In this document: in pieces, positions 8,690-18,292 of the stretch | How the letters are laid out: each line of letters starts with the position of its first letter | Position numbering within the stretch: position 1 is the stretch's first letter | NCBI GenBank assembly: GCA_002420005.1 | Contig: DIHE01000147.1 | Span: 36,006-100,005, forward strand | Length of the DNA: 64,000 nt | Source of the DNA: Holophagales bacterium UBA5704 | Lineage (GTDB): Bacteria; Acidobacteriota; Thermoanaerobaculia; Multivoradales; UBA5704 | Direction of reading: 5' to 3' | The notes under the pieces: model-generated | Told to the model about the DNA's origin: nothing | Database searches by the model: none | The model's input: only the letters and a program-made list of their open reading frames with translations | Made by a program: the position numbers and the translations under genes

Positions 8690-10639
8690 TCACTCTCCCC
8701 GGAACCGGTAGATCCCTCCCTGCGAAGCGGCGAACAGAAGGTCCGGATCGCTTGGCGAGACGTTCAGGCCCATGAGCAGCGAAAAGGAGGTCGGCAGGCC
8801 GTCCTGGGACAGAGGAGCCCAGGAGGCTCCGGCGTCGGTGCTGCGATAGATCAGCCGCCCGAAGCCGGTGCCGTCGGAAAAGGCGTACAGGACGGAAGGG
8901 GCCGACGGCGCGGGCACGACGTTGAAGTCAGGACCGGCGGGCAACCCGGCCAGAGGGCTCCAGGTGACGCCGCCGTCCATGCTCCGGGAGGGGACGCTGC
9001 TCAGGCGGGCGTAGAGGACGTCCGGATCCTCGGAGGACACCGACAGCCCGGAGGCGAACGTCTGCCCCAGGTCCTTGACCACGTCCCAGGAAATCCCTCC
9101 GTCGACCGTCTTGAAGATCTGCTGGAAGGGGTAGCCGCCGAGGGCGTAGAGGGTTGACGGCTGCGAGGGCGCGATCCGGAGCGTACCCAGGTTCTGGGGA
9201 AGCCCCTGCATGCACGACCAGGTCGCCCCGTGGTCGGTGCTCTTGAGATGGTCGCAGACCGGGAGCGGCGCACACCCGATGACGAAGTCTCCGAGCGCGT
9301 AGAGATTCGCGGGCTCCTGCGGATCGATCACGACGTCCCTGATCCTCAGGCAGTCGAGGGTGGCCAGCTTCCGCCAGGTGGTGGCGGCGTCGCGGGTCTT
9401 CCAGAGGCCCCCGGCACCGGCGCCGAGAGCCACGCGGGGGAACTGCGGGTGCACCGCCAGCAGCTGGGCGGCGTGTCCGTCCCGCATCCAGGTGGCCCCG
9501 CCATCCAGGGAGTGCATCCCGACGCCGGTGGCATAGAGGACGTCCTGGGTGGCGGGGGCGAGGGTCAGGCTCTCGACACGGAGGGGAGGCAGGCCGCGGT
9601 TGGTTTCCTCCCAGGTGACGCCCCGATTCGTGCTCTTCAGGAGCCCCTGGCTGTCGGCGGCATGGATCACCGCGCCGCCGGCCGGGACGACGAGGAGCCG
9701 CGGAAAGCGCAGCGGCGTCGCCGCCGCCTGCCAGCGTCTCCCCTGGTTGGAACTGATGAACAGACCGTCCTCGGTGGCGGCATAGACGCGGGACGGCGAG
9801 ACGCCCGCCGCCAGGCCGAAGATCGTGCGGCCGCCGAGGCCTTTCGCCGCCGGCGACCAGGTCAGCCCACCGTCGAGGCTGCGGTACAGCGGCGCATCGT
9901 GGAGGCTGAGGATCTGCAGGAACAGGGCCGCCGGCGGGCCGGGCGCCATCGTCAAGCCGGTGAGCGGCGGCAGTGGCTCGGGTAGCCCGGAGTTGCGCGC
10001 GCTCCAGGTCGCGCCATCGTTCGTGCTCCGCAGGAAGCCCGCTTCGTCGTCGACGGCGTAGAGGGTTCCCGGCTTCCCGGGATGGAACCTGACCTCCGTC
10101 ACGTTGCTCCACCGCACAGTGCCCGCCTGGGCGCGCCAGGACGTTCCGCCGTCCGTGCTCTGGTAGATGCCGAGAACCGTGCCGGCGACGAGCCTCGCGG
10201 GGTTCCGCGGATCGATCGCGACGTCGTTCACCTGGCACGTGTCGAGACCGGTGAGGAGCTCCCAGGTCCGGCCGGCGTCGACCGTCCGGAACAGCCCGCC
10301 CACGGCCGGCTTGTCGTGGTACTCGGGATCGCAGACGACGGCGTAGGCCTTGGCGGGATTGCGCGGATCGACCTCCAGGTCGTCGACGGGCCGGCCGGCG
10401 GGAAAGTCGCCCGTCACCTCGCGCCAACCGGCTCCCGCGTCGACGCTCCGGAAGACCTTGCCGTCCCGGGTGCCGGCATAGAGGACCCGCGCGTTGCCCG
10501 GCGCCACCGTGAGCGCGCTCATCTCGGCGCCGAACGGTCCCAGGAGCTCCCAGCGGCCCTCCTGGGAGTGAGCCGGAGCCACGGCGGCCCCCAGAAGAAA
10601 GACCGCGGCGGCTGTACAAAGGATCGGTCGAGCGAACAT
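8690..10639 (-). CDS. Secreted BNR/Asp-box repeat beta-propeller protein (VPS10/sortilin/HCF136-like)
   Basis: Signal peptide, then many SxDxGxTW Asp-box repeats (RSVDAGAGW, RTVDAGRTW, STDGGTSW, STNDGATW, KTVDGGISW and others). Confidence 0.8.
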   Translation of the reverse strand: MFARPILCTAAAVFLLGAAVAPAHSQEGRWELLGPFGAEMSALTVAPGNARVLYAGTRDGKVFRSVDAGAGWREVTGDFPAGRPVDDLEVDPRNPAKAYAVVCDPEYHDKPAVGGLFRTVDAGRTWELLTGLDTCQVNDVAIDPRNPARLVAGTVLGIYQSTDGGTSWRAQAGTVRWSNVTEVRFHPGKPGTLYAVDDEAGFLRSTNDGATWSARNSGLPEPLPPLTGLTMAPGPPAALFLQILSLHDAPLYRSLDGGLTWSPAAKGLGGRTIFGLAAGVSPSRVYAATEDGLFISSNQGRRWQAAATPLRFPRLLVVPAGGAVIHAADSQGLLKSTNRGVTWEETNRGLPPLRVESLTLAPATQDVLYATGVGMHSLDGGATWMRDGHAAQLLAVHPQFPRVALGAGAGGLWKTRDAATTWRKLATLDCLRIRDVVIDPQEPANLYALGDFVIGCAPLPVCDHLKSTDHGATWSCMQGLPQNLGTLRIAPSQPSTLYALGGYPFQQIFKTVDGGISWDVVKDLGQTFASGLSVSSEDPDVLYARLSSVPSRSMDGGVTWSPLAGLPAGPDFNVVPAPSAPSVLYAFSDGTGFGRLIYRSTDAGASWAPLSQDGLPTSFSLLMGLNVSPSDPDLLFAASQGGIYRFRGE

Positions 10640-10776
10640 TTCCAGCTCCTTCCAAGAGGAACCCGGGTGCCCCCGGTCTGTTGGAAGAGCGTACGGGCGG
10701 AGCTGGAACGACGTCTAGCGAGAACACTCCCGACTCTGCCGCCGGGCGATTCTGGCTGCCCGCTGTTCAGGCATGC

Positions 10777-12012
10777 TCAAGACACGGCCGCGGCGAGCGC
10801 CGGCTCTTCCAGCTCCGCCTCCTCCTCTTCGGCCACCGGCAGGGCGTCCGGAAAGCCCTTCCACCCGTCCGGCCCGAGGCGCATCTCGTCGTCGGTCAAC
10901 AGGCACTCCTCCAGCCGGCGGGTCAGCGCCTCCCGGTCCATGCCGATGCCGATCAGCACCAACTCCTGGCGCCGGTCGCCAAAGTCGGGGTGCCAGGTCT
11001 CCGCCAGCTCGCGGCGGAAATCCTCGTCCTCCGGCCAGTCCTCGGAGGGCATCGCGGCCCACCAGACGCCGCCGGGCGCCAGGGTCGAGCACCGGCCGGC
11101 GTGGGACCAGACGAAGATCTCGTCCATCCGCGAGGCCACCCACAGAAAACCCTTGGAGCGCACGACGCCGGGCCACTCCTCCAGGGCATACCGGCGGAAG
11201 CGCTCCGGATGGAACGGCCGCGCCGAGCGGAAGACGAAGCTCGCGATCCCGTACTCCTCGGTCTCGGGCACGTGCTCGCCGGCCAGCTCGCGCATCCAGC
11301 CCGCCGACGCGGAGGCCTTCTCCATGTCGAACAGACCGGTGTCGAAAATCGCCTCCAGCGGCACGCGCCCGTGCTCGCTGCGCACGATCCGCGCCGTCGG
11401 ATTGAGATGGCGCAGCAGACCCTCGATGCGGCCCAGCTCCTCCTCGGTCGCGAGATCCGCCTTGTTGAGCACCAGGACGTTGCTGAATTCGATCTGATCC
11501 ACCAGCAGATCGGCGATGGTCCGCTCATCCTCGGCGCCGGCGGTCAGTCCGCGCGCCAGGAGATCCTCGCCGCGCTCGATCTCGGCCAGGACGTTGGCCG
11601 CGTCCACCACCGTCACCAGGGTGTCCAGGCGGGCGAGGTCGCCCAGGCTCACGCCGTCGCCGTCGGTGAAGCTGAAGGTCATGGCCACCGGCAGAGGCTC
11701 GGAAATGCCGGTGGACTCGATGAGCAGGTAGTCGAAGCGCCCCTCGCGGGCCAGGCGGGACACCTCCAGCAACAGGTCTTCCCGCAAGGTGCAGCAGATG
11801 CAGCCGTTGGTCATCTCCACCAGCCGCTCCTCGGTGCGATCGAGACGGGCGTCGCCGTCGCGCACCAGCCGGGCGTCGATGTTGACCTCGCTCATGTCGT
11901 TGACGATCACCGCGACACGGCGCCCGCTGCGCTGGGCCAGGACATGGTTGAGAAGCGTCGTCTTCCCCGCGCCGAGGAAGCCGGAGAGGACGGTGACAGG
12001 GAGCTGGCTCAT
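10777..12012 (-). CDS. COG0523 (CobW/YciC/ZigA-family) metallochaperone GTPase
   Basis: [17 protein letters not shown]alker [17 protein letters not shown] metal motif, [19 protein letters not shown] and Cob[23 protein letters not shown] precedes the ATG at 12012. Confidence 0.93.
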   Translation of the reverse strand: MSQLPVTVLSGFLGAGKTTLLNHVLAQRSGRRVAVIVNDMSEVNIDARLVRDGDARLDRTEERLVEMTNGCICCTLREDLLLEVSRLAREGRFDYLLIESTGISEPLPVAMTFSFTDGDGVSLGDLARLDTLVTVVDAANVLAEIERGEDLLARGLTAGAEDERTIADLLVDQIEFSNVLVLNKADLATEEELGRIEGLLRHLNPTARIVRSEHGRVPLEAIFDTGLFDMEKASASAGWMRELAGEHVPETEEYGIASFVFRSARPFHPERFRRYALEEWPGVVRSKGFLWVASRMDEIFVWSHAGRCSTLAPGGVWWAAMPSEDWPEDEDFRRELAETWHPDFGDRRQELVLIGIGMDREALTRRLEECLLTDDEMRLGPDGWKGFPDALPVAEEEEAELEEPALAAAVS

Positions 12013-12033
12013 GAGTGCGGTACCTCCTTCAAG

Positions 12034-12049
12034 TGAGAGGCCATTCTCA
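12034..12049. promoter_or_regulatory. Possible Fur/Zur-family operator
   Basis: Imperfect palindrome TGAGAGGCCATTCTCA (minus strand TTGTTGAGAATGGCCTCTCA) immediately upstream of the COG0523 RBS. Resembles TGAGAATnATTnTCA-type boxes. Confidence 0.3.
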
Positions 12050-12409
12050 ACAAGCCGACCCTGCCGGGTTGTGCGAAATCGCACCGCCCGAGGTCCCGCG
12101 GCGAGAGATGCTGGAGCCGCCAACGCCGCGCCCTCCGCGATAGGGCGCGGTGCCCATGATGCGTCCGCCGGGGCCAGAATCCCTCCGGCGGCGCCTTTTT
12201 TCCTTCAGCGCCCTGCACCCTCCCTCCTCCCTCGGAATTCTTTCTGTGCCTGTGCCGAATCGCACCGGTGCAGGGGTGAAAAGCGGACAAACCGAACCGG
12301 CCGGGGCTCTCTATCCTCCCGCTCATTCGGCAGGCCTGCCGGAGACCCCGGTGCGGCGACGTGCCGCCGTGCCGATGCCGATCAACCCGTTTTCAGGAGG
12401 ATTACGCCC

Positions 12410-12553
12410 ATGGACTTCAAGAACGACATCTTCGAAGCCGTCTCCGCCACCCTCTCCGAGGATCCGGTCCACAGCAACACCCACAACCACGCTCTCGTCC
12501 ACAACCCCTTCGCCTGGGAAGAGGACGAGACCTCCACCCCCGACGCCGAGTAG
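12410..12553 (+). CDS. RiPP precursor peptide, streptamidine(AmiA)-like, 47 aa
   Basis: AGGAGG RBS (12395-12400) precedes the ATG at 12410. Product is MDFKNDIFEAVSATLSEDPVHSNTHNHALVHNPFAWEEDETSTPDAE, with GC-rich third codon positions. It is the first gene ahead of the E1-like/hydrolase/YcaO operon and carries a His/Ser/Thr core followed by an ALV.NPF motif. Confidence 0.85.
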   Translation: MDFKNDIFEAVSATLSEDPVHSNTHNHALVHNPFAWEEDETSTPDAE

Positions 12554-12577
12554 CCCCACCCACGTCCTCGTTCCTCC

Positions 12578-12609
12578 GGGGGAGGCGGCACGTCGCCTCC
12601 CCCTTTCTT
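12578..12609 (+). terminator. Stem-loop with U-rich tail between the precursor and the modifying enzymes
   Basis: GGGGGAGGCG (12578-12587), loop GCACGT, CGCCTCCCCC (12594-12603), then TTTCTT. Confidence 0.7.
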
Positions 12610-12635
12610 GCGACCTGGAGCTTGCAGGAGGCACC

Positions 12636-13460
12636 TTGAACGAAGCCCTGCGCGATGGTTGGCACCTTTGCCCCTCACCGGAGGGACGCTGGATGCTGGT
12701 CTCCCCCGAAGAGCGGTTCGTGCGGTTGCGCATCGAGCCGGAGCAGGCCGCCCGGCTGGCCCATCGGTTGACCGGCGGGACCACGGGCGGAGAGCCGGAG
12801 GGCGACCTGCTCCCGATCCTGGAGACGTTCGCGCAGCAGGGGCTGCTGGCCGACCGGCCGGCTGCGGTGTCCCCGCTCACCGGCCGCCATGTTCTGGTGC
12901 GCGGCGGCGGACCTGTCGCCGCCACGGTGACCCGCCTGCTGCGCGCGGCCGGCGTGGGACGGGTGACGGAACGCGACGCCGGAGCCCTTCCCGTCTCCAC
13001 GGTCGACGCGCCGCACGCGGTCATCGCCTGCGCCGGCTGGCTTCCCGATGCGGACTGGCTTCGGCTGGACGCCTGGTGCGCCGGGCACGGCATCGTCTGG
13101 ACCGGCTGCCACGCCGAGGGGCTGCGCTTTCATCTCGGCCCGCTGGCGATTCCCGGACGCACCGCGGGCTATGCCGATGTCCGCGCGCGGCGGCTCGCCG
13201 CGGCGCGCCATCCCGCGGAGCTCGAAGCCTGGTGGCGCCATCTGGACGGAGGCCGGGACGTTCCGGCGGTCCCCTGGCCGGAGCCGGCCGCCCTCGCCGC
13301 CCTCGCCGCCGCCCTCGCCGCCGACGTCCTGGCCTGGCTGAGCGGCAGGCCGCTCCCGCACGAAGGGGTGCAGCTCGCGTTCGATCCGGTGCGCTGGGAC
13401 TGGACGCGCCATCCGGTCCTGCCGGTGCCGCGCAACCTGATGCAGGAGCCCGCCGCATGA
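12636..13460 (+). CDS. E1-like / ocin-ThiF-like YcaO partner (leader-binding) protein
   Basis: TTG start after AGGAGG (12626-12631). Rossmann-like VLVRGGGPVA and LDAWCAGHGIVW..CHAEG..LGPLAIPGRTAGYADVRARRLAA, with HPVLPVP at the end, as in TOMM C/E1-like proteins. Confidence 0.75.
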   Translation: MNEALRDGWHLCPSPEGRWMLVSPEERFVRLRIEPEQAARLAHRLTGGTTGGEPEGDLLPILETFAQQGLLADRPAAVSPLTGRHVLVRGGGPVAATVTRLLRAAGVGRVTERDAGALPVSTVDAPHAVIACAGWLPDADWLRLDAWCAGHGIVWTGCHAEGLRFHLGPLAIPGRTAGYADVRARRLAAARHPAELEAWWRHLDGGRDVPAVPWPEPAALAALAAALAADVLAWLSGRPLPHEGVQLAFDPVRWDWTRHPVLPVPRNLMQEPAA

Positions 13461-14041
13461 ACGCCCAGGGACCGATCCTCGCCCTCTGCGGCAGCCTGCG
13501 CCACCCGTCGCGCACCCGCCAGGCCCTGGAACGCGCGCTCGCCGCAGCGGCGCGCCTGGGGGCCGCCACCGAGCTCCTCGCCGGGGAGCCGTTGCGCCTC
13601 CCCCTCTGCGACGGCCGCCCGGAGGCCGAGATCCCGCCCGCGGTGGCGGAGCTGCGGCACCGGGCGCGGGCCGCCGCGGCCCTGCTCCTCGGCTCGCCGG
13701 AGTACTGCGGCACCTACTCGGCGGTGATCAAGAACGTCGTCGAATGGCTCGGCCCCTCGATCCTGCAGGGCAAGGTGGTGGGCGTGGTCACCGTCGCCGA
13801 GGGGCCGAGCGCGCAGGGGTCCTTGCGCGCGCTGCGCGAGCTGTGCCTGCTCGAAGGTGCCTGGGTGGTGCCGGCCGCCGCGGCCATCCCGCTGGTCGAG
13901 CAGGTGTTCGCACAGCCGTCCGCGCCGCTGGCGGTCTCGGTGCTGCGCCACCTCGACGCCCTCGGCAAAGCCCTGCCGGGCGCCCTCCGCCGCCTGCACG
14001 GCCCTTCCGGCCGGCCTCCCGCGGAGGGTCTGCCGGCATGA
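13457..14041 (+). CDS. NAD(P)H-dependent FMN reductase (flavodoxin-like, SsuE/FMN_red family)
   Basis: LCGSLRHPSRT and GSPEYCGTYSAVIKNVVEW motifs. ATGA overlaps at both ends. Confidence 0.8.
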   Translation: MNAQGPILALCGSLRHPSRTRQALERALAAAARLGAATELLAGEPLRLPLCDGRPEAEIPPAVAELRHRARAAAALLLGSPEYCGTYSAVIKNVVEWLGPSILQGKVVGVVTVAEGPSAQGSLRALRELCLLEGAWVVPAAAAIPLVEQVFAQPSAPLAVSVLRHLDALGKALPGALRRLHGPSGRPPAEGLPA

Positions 14042-15627
14042 GGGGGCGCAACGTCCCCTGCGTGCACGCCGGGCTCCGAGTGGAGGCGCCGGACGGGGTG
14101 CGGCTCGCGACGGACGTCTACCGGCCCGGCGCCGGACGGCCGGTGCCGGCGGTCCTGCTGCGCACCTACCTGGGCAAGGCGCGGCACCAGGAGGAGGCGC
14201 TGGCCTGGGTGCGCGAAGGCTTCGCCTGCGTGGTTCAGGACGTGCGGGGCCGCTACGACTCGGACGGCTCCTGGGAACCCTATGTCCACGAGCGGGCGGA
14301 TGGCGCCGCGGCGGCGCGCTGGACCGCCGGGCAGCCCTGGTGCGACGGCCGCGTGGTGGTGGCCGGCGGCTCGTATGGCGCCTTCACCGCCTGGGCGGCG
14401 GCCCTGGAGAGCCCGGTGGTGCGGGCGGCGGCGGTCTCCGTCCCCGCCATGCACCGGGTGAATTTCGCACCCGGCGGGGTGCTCAAGCTGCTCAATCACA
14501 CCGCCTGGTGGATGGCGCACGGAGACGCCCGCACCGAGCGGACCCGTCTGTTCGAGGCGATGTGCAGAGCCTGCCCGGATCTCCTCGCACGCCTGCCGGT
14601 CTGCGCTCTGCCACCGAATGTCTGGGCCGCGCTGCCCGGTTGGCTCCCCGCAGCCCTCGCCGGCCCCGGACGGCCCGCGGTCTCCGACGCGGATCTCGCC
14701 GGGCTCGCCCTGCCGGTGCTCCACATCGGAGGCTGGCACGATCCGTTCATCGCCCAGACGATCCACCAGCAGGCGACCGCCGGATCGGCCGTGGCGCCTC
14801 GGCCCATCCGCCGGATCATCGTCGGCCCCTGGACCCACGAGCTGCACAGCCACGTGCCCGCGGTCTATGGCGCGCGCACCTACGGGCCGGCCTCCCGCCT
14901 GCCGCTGGGGCGCCTGCAGGCCGAGTTCTTCCGCGGAGCCCTCGCGGATTGCACCGCGCCGGCGGCGCAGCTTTTTCTCACCGGTGCGAACCGCTGGCTC
15001 ACAGGGGACGGCTGGCCGCCGGTGCCGGTCGCGCCGTGCACCTGGTTTGCCTCCGCGGGCGGCGCTCTCGCTCCGGAGCCGCCCCGCGCCGGGGGCTCCG
15101 TCTCGTTCTCCTACGATCCCCTCTCCCCCTATCCCGGCCGCAACGGCCCGGTCGACCAGAGCGATCTGCTGCGCCGGCCGGACACCACCGCGTTCACCTC
15201 CCCACCGCTCGCCGCGCCGCTCACCTGGATCGGCGGACCGCGGGTGATCCTCCACGCCGCCACCGACGCCCCCGGCACCGACTGGGTCGCCCGCCTGCAT
15301 GAGGTCTTGCCGGATGGCCGCAGCCTCTACCTCGGCCATGGCCTGGTGGACGCGGCGCAGGAGCTCGCCCGCGACGGCGGAAAGCTCGTGCCGGGCGAGG
15401 CTCACCGGGTGGAGATCGACCTGCCCCCGCTCGCCATCACCCTCCCGGCAGGGCACCGGCTCCGCCTGGAGATCACCAGCAGCGACTTCCCGGCCCATGC
15501 GCGCAACCTGAACACCGGTGCCTGCCGCCTGACCACCTCGGCGACCCGGGTGGCGCGGCAGACGATCCTCCATGGACCCTCGGCTCCCACGGCCCTGGTG
15601 CTGCCGGTGGCACAGGAGCTCCCGTGA
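14038..15627 (+). CDS. CocE/NonD-family serine hydrolase (peptidase S15), candidate RiPP peptidase
   Basis: DGVRLATDVYRP, VLLRTY, QDVRGRYDSDG, GGSYGA nucleophile elbow, GGWHDPF, GPWTH and C-terminal PepX_C domain (GHRLRLEITSSDFP). Confidence 0.88.
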   Translation: MRGRNVPCVHAGLRVEAPDGVRLATDVYRPGAGRPVPAVLLRTYLGKARHQEEALAWVREGFACVVQDVRGRYDSDGSWEPYVHERADGAAAARWTAGQPWCDGRVVVAGGSYGAFTAWAAALESPVVRAAAVSVPAMHRVNFAPGGVLKLLNHTAWWMAHGDARTERTRLFEAMCRACPDLLARLPVCALPPNVWAALPGWLPAALAGPGRPAVSDADLAGLALPVLHIGGWHDPFIAQTIHQQATAGSAVAPRPIRRIIVGPWTHELHSHVPAVYGARTYGPASRLPLGRLQAEFFRGALADCTAPAAQLFLTGANRWLTGDGWPPVPVAPCTWFASAGGALAPEPPRAGGSVSFSYDPLSPYPGRNGPVDQSDLLRRPDTTAFTSPPLAAPLTWIGGPRVILHAATDAPGTDWVARLHEVLPDGRSLYLGHGLVDAAQELARDGGKLVPGEAHRVEIDLPPLAITLPAGHRLRLEITSSDFPAHARNLNTGACRLTTSATRVARQTILHGPSAPTALVLPVAQELP

Positions 15628-16988
15628 GCGATCCCCTGAAGCTCCTGGTCGATCCGCGCTTCGGCATCGTCACCGCGCTGGAGCGGCGCATGCATCCGCC
15701 GGAGGTGCCGCCGGCCCTGATCTCCTACACGGCACGGGTCGCCGACACCCGGCGGCTGGGTGCCTGGCAAGGGGACCGGGTGGCCCTCGGCTCCGCCTTC
15801 TGGGACGAGGACCGGGCGCGCCGCGCGGCGCTCGGCGAAGCGGTGGAACGCACCTGCGGCAACTTCGTCCCCGCCGGGCTGCTGCGCGCCTCGCACCGCG
15901 ACCTGCGCACGGCCGGCGAGCCGGCCCTCGATCCCGCCGCGATGGTGCTCTATGCGGACTCGCAGTACGACCACCGCGGCTTCCCCTTCGTCCGCTTCAC
16001 CGACGACCTGCGGGTGCTCTGGACGACCGGCCGCGATCTCGCGACCGGAGAGGCGGTGCGGGTGCCCGCGTCGTTCGTCTACATCAACTACTACGGCGGC
16101 GCCCTGGCCGGCGAGCCGAGGACGAACTTCGTCCTCTACTCCGGAATCGCCACCGGGCCGAATCGGGAGGCGGCGGAGGAGGCGGCCCTGGAGGAGCTCA
16201 TCGAGCGCGACGCCACCATGATCTGGTGGATGTCCGGCAGCCCGGCCGTCGGCATTCCTCTGGAAAGCGCACCGATGGTCCGCGCCGCTCTCGCCCATCC
16301 CGCCGACCACGGTACGCTGCACCATCACCTGATCCAGATCCGCACCCCTTTCGACGTGCCGGTGGTCGGCGCCCTGGTGCAGGACACGGAGCTGTCCCTG
16401 ATCGGGCTCGGCGTGGCCTGCCGCCCCGATCCCGGACAGGCCGCTCTCAAGGCGCTGGTCGAGGCGATCCACCTGCGCTGCTTCAGCCGCCAGATGCTCG
16501 ATCCCGGCGGCAGCGTCTGGCGCTCCATGCGCTCCGGAATCCTCGACCCCCGCGCCTACAAACCCTTCCGCGCCGACCGCGCCTACCGGGATGCGTACCG
16601 CGCCGACTTCCGCGACGTGACCGACCTCGGAGCCCAGTCGCAGATCTATCTCGACCCCCGGATGCACGTCCACGCCGACCGCATCCTCCACCCTGCCGCC
16701 TGGGCCCCCCTGGATCGGCTGCCCGCCGTCCCGGGCCGCGCCGCCTACCGGCAACGGCTCGCCGCGCGCGGCTTCCGGGCGATCTCGGTGGACGTCACCA
16801 CGCCGGACGTGCAGGCCGCCGGCTTGTGCGTCGTGCGGGTGATCGTCCCGGGGCTCTACCCGAACGCGCCCGCCGCCTTCCCGTTCCTCGGCGGGCGCCG
16901 GCTGTATGAAGAGCCGGCGGCGCTCGGCTGGCTCCCGGCGCCGCTCACCGAGGCCGACCTGGTCCGCGTCCCCCTGCCGCACACATGA
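15624..16988 (+). CDS. YcaO-family protein (copy 1), ATP-dependent backbone-modifying enzyme
   Basis: ALGEAVER, SGIATG...ALEELIERDA ATP/Mg-binding motifs, VDVTTPDV...VVRVIVPGL and a Pro-rich C-terminus (RVPLPHT). Confidence 0.92.
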   Translation: MSDPLKLLVDPRFGIVTALERRMHPPEVPPALISYTARVADTRRLGAWQGDRVALGSAFWDEDRARRAALGEAVERTCGNFVPAGLLRASHRDLRTAGEPALDPAAMVLYADSQYDHRGFPFVRFTDDLRVLWTTGRDLATGEAVRVPASFVYINYYGGALAGEPRTNFVLYSGIATGPNREAAEEAALEELIERDATMIWWMSGSPAVGIPLESAPMVRAALAHPADHGTLHHHLIQIRTPFDVPVVGALVQDTELSLIGLGVACRPDPGQAALKALVEAIHLRCFSRQMLDPGGSVWRSMRSGILDPRAYKPFRADRAYRDAYRADFRDVTDLGAQSQIYLDPRMHVHADRILHPAAWAPLDRLPAVPGRAAYRQRLAARGFRAISVDVTTPDVQAAGLCVVRVIVPGLYPNAPAAFPFLGGRRLYEEPAALGWLPAPLTEADLVRVPLPHT

Positions 16989-18292
16989 GCGAGCCGCCCG
17001 TCCTCGCCTACCACCGGCGGAGCAAGAACCGTCCGGGCCGCCCCGCCGCGGCACCCCGGAGGCTCGACCGCTCCATCGAGCCGGTCCCCTTCCGGCGCTA
17101 CCGCGGTGCCGCCCTGCTCCCCCTGCCGGAGATCCCGCCGGTGGACGGCCCGGCCTGGGGGGAGCTGTTCATCCCCGGCGCCGTCGCCCCTGCACCGCTC
17201 GACCGGGAGGCCGTGGCCCGCCTGTTCTTCGACTCCCTGGCGATCTCCGCCTGGCGCGAGGAGGCCGGCGCCCGCTTCTCGTTCCGGGTGAACCCCTCCG
17301 CCGGCAACCTCCATCCGACCGAGGCCTATCTCCTCGCCGGCCCCCTGCCCGGGCTGCACGACCGGGCCGCCCTCTACCACTACTCACCGTTCGACCACGC
17401 CCTGGAGATCCGCGCCGATCTGCCGGACGGCGGCGTGCCGCCCGGCACCCTCCTTCTCGGATTCACCTCGATCCTCTGGCGCACCGCCTGGAAATACGGC
17501 GAGCGCGCCTTCCGCCTCGCCCGGCTCGACGCGGGGCATGCCCTCGCCGCGGTCACCTGGGCCGCCGCGGCCCTGGGCTGGGAAGCGCGGCAGGTGGAGA
17601 TCGGCGACGCGGCGCTGGCGCGCCTGCTGGGTGTCGCCGCGCAGGAAGGGCCGGAACGCGAGGAACCGGTGGCCCTGCTCGCCCTCGGAGCCCCGCCCGA
17701 CGCCCGGCCCGGGGCGCCGGGGGACGGCGGCCGTCCGAACCGGATCAGCCCCGGCCACCGGAGCTGGCCGGCGCTCGACGCCGTCACCGCGGCCACCCGC
17801 CACCCGGGTGCGGAGCGGCAGGCCGCACCGGGTGCGGAGACGGCGCGCGCCGTCCTGCGCGGCCGGCGAAGCCCGGCGGCGTTCGCGGGCGCCTTGGGAG
17901 CGGAGGAAATTTCCCGGGTTTTTGCCGGTGGACTTTCTCGCCCGTTCGTGCAGCGGCCCCTGCTGCGGGTCGAACGTCTGCTCCCGGGCGACGGCGTGGA
18001 CCTTCGCCGCCTGGCCGGCCACCAGAGCTTCGCGGCCGGCGCCTCCTGCCTCGCGGTGCTGCTGGGTGACCTGGAGCCGGCGCTCGCCCCCGGCGGCGCC
18101 TGGCTCTACCGCCGGCTGCATGAGGAGGCCGGAGCGATCGGGCACGCGCTCTCCCTGGAGGCGGCGGCGCAGGGCCTGGGAGCGCGGGGCATCGGCGGAT
18201 TTCTCGACGACGAGGTTCTGGCCGCTCTCGGGTTGCCGGCGGAGGGCCGGTGGCAGGCCCTGTATCTGTTGGCGGTGGGGCGGCCGGCGTGA
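16985..18292 (+). CDS. SagB/ThcOx-like nitroreductase-fold flavin dehydrogenase
   Basis: RVNPSAGNLHPTEAY, WRTAWKYGERAFR..LDAGHA and second-domain YRRLHEEAGAIGHALSLEA...GIGGFLDDEV. Confidence 0.8.
   Translation: MSEPPVLAYHRRSKNRPGRPAAAPRRLDRSIEPVPFRRYRGAALLPLPEIPPVDGPAWGELFIPGAVAPAPLDREAVARLFFDSLAISAWREEAGARFSFRVNPSAGNLHPTEAYLLAGPLPGLHDRAALYHYSPFDHALEIRADLPDGGVPPGTLLLGFTSILWRTAWKYGERAFRLARLDAGHALAAVTWAAAALGWEARQVEIGDAALARLLGVAAQEGPEREEPVALLALGAPPDARPGAPGDGGRPNRISPGHRSWPALDAVTAATRHPGAERQAAPGAETARAVLRGRRSPAAFAGALGAEEISRVFAGGLSRPFVQRPLLRVERLLPGDGVDLRRLAGHQSFAAGASCLAVLLGDLEPALAPGGAWLYRRLHEEAGAIGHALSLEAAAQGLGARGIGGFLDDEVLAALGLPAEGRWQALYLLAVGRPA

Noticed and set aside
11789..12409. N-terminal 207 codons of the 254-aa ORF 11789-12553
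   Set aside because: They overlap the COG0523 gene antisense and the intergenic region. The RBS and composition support a start at 12410 only.
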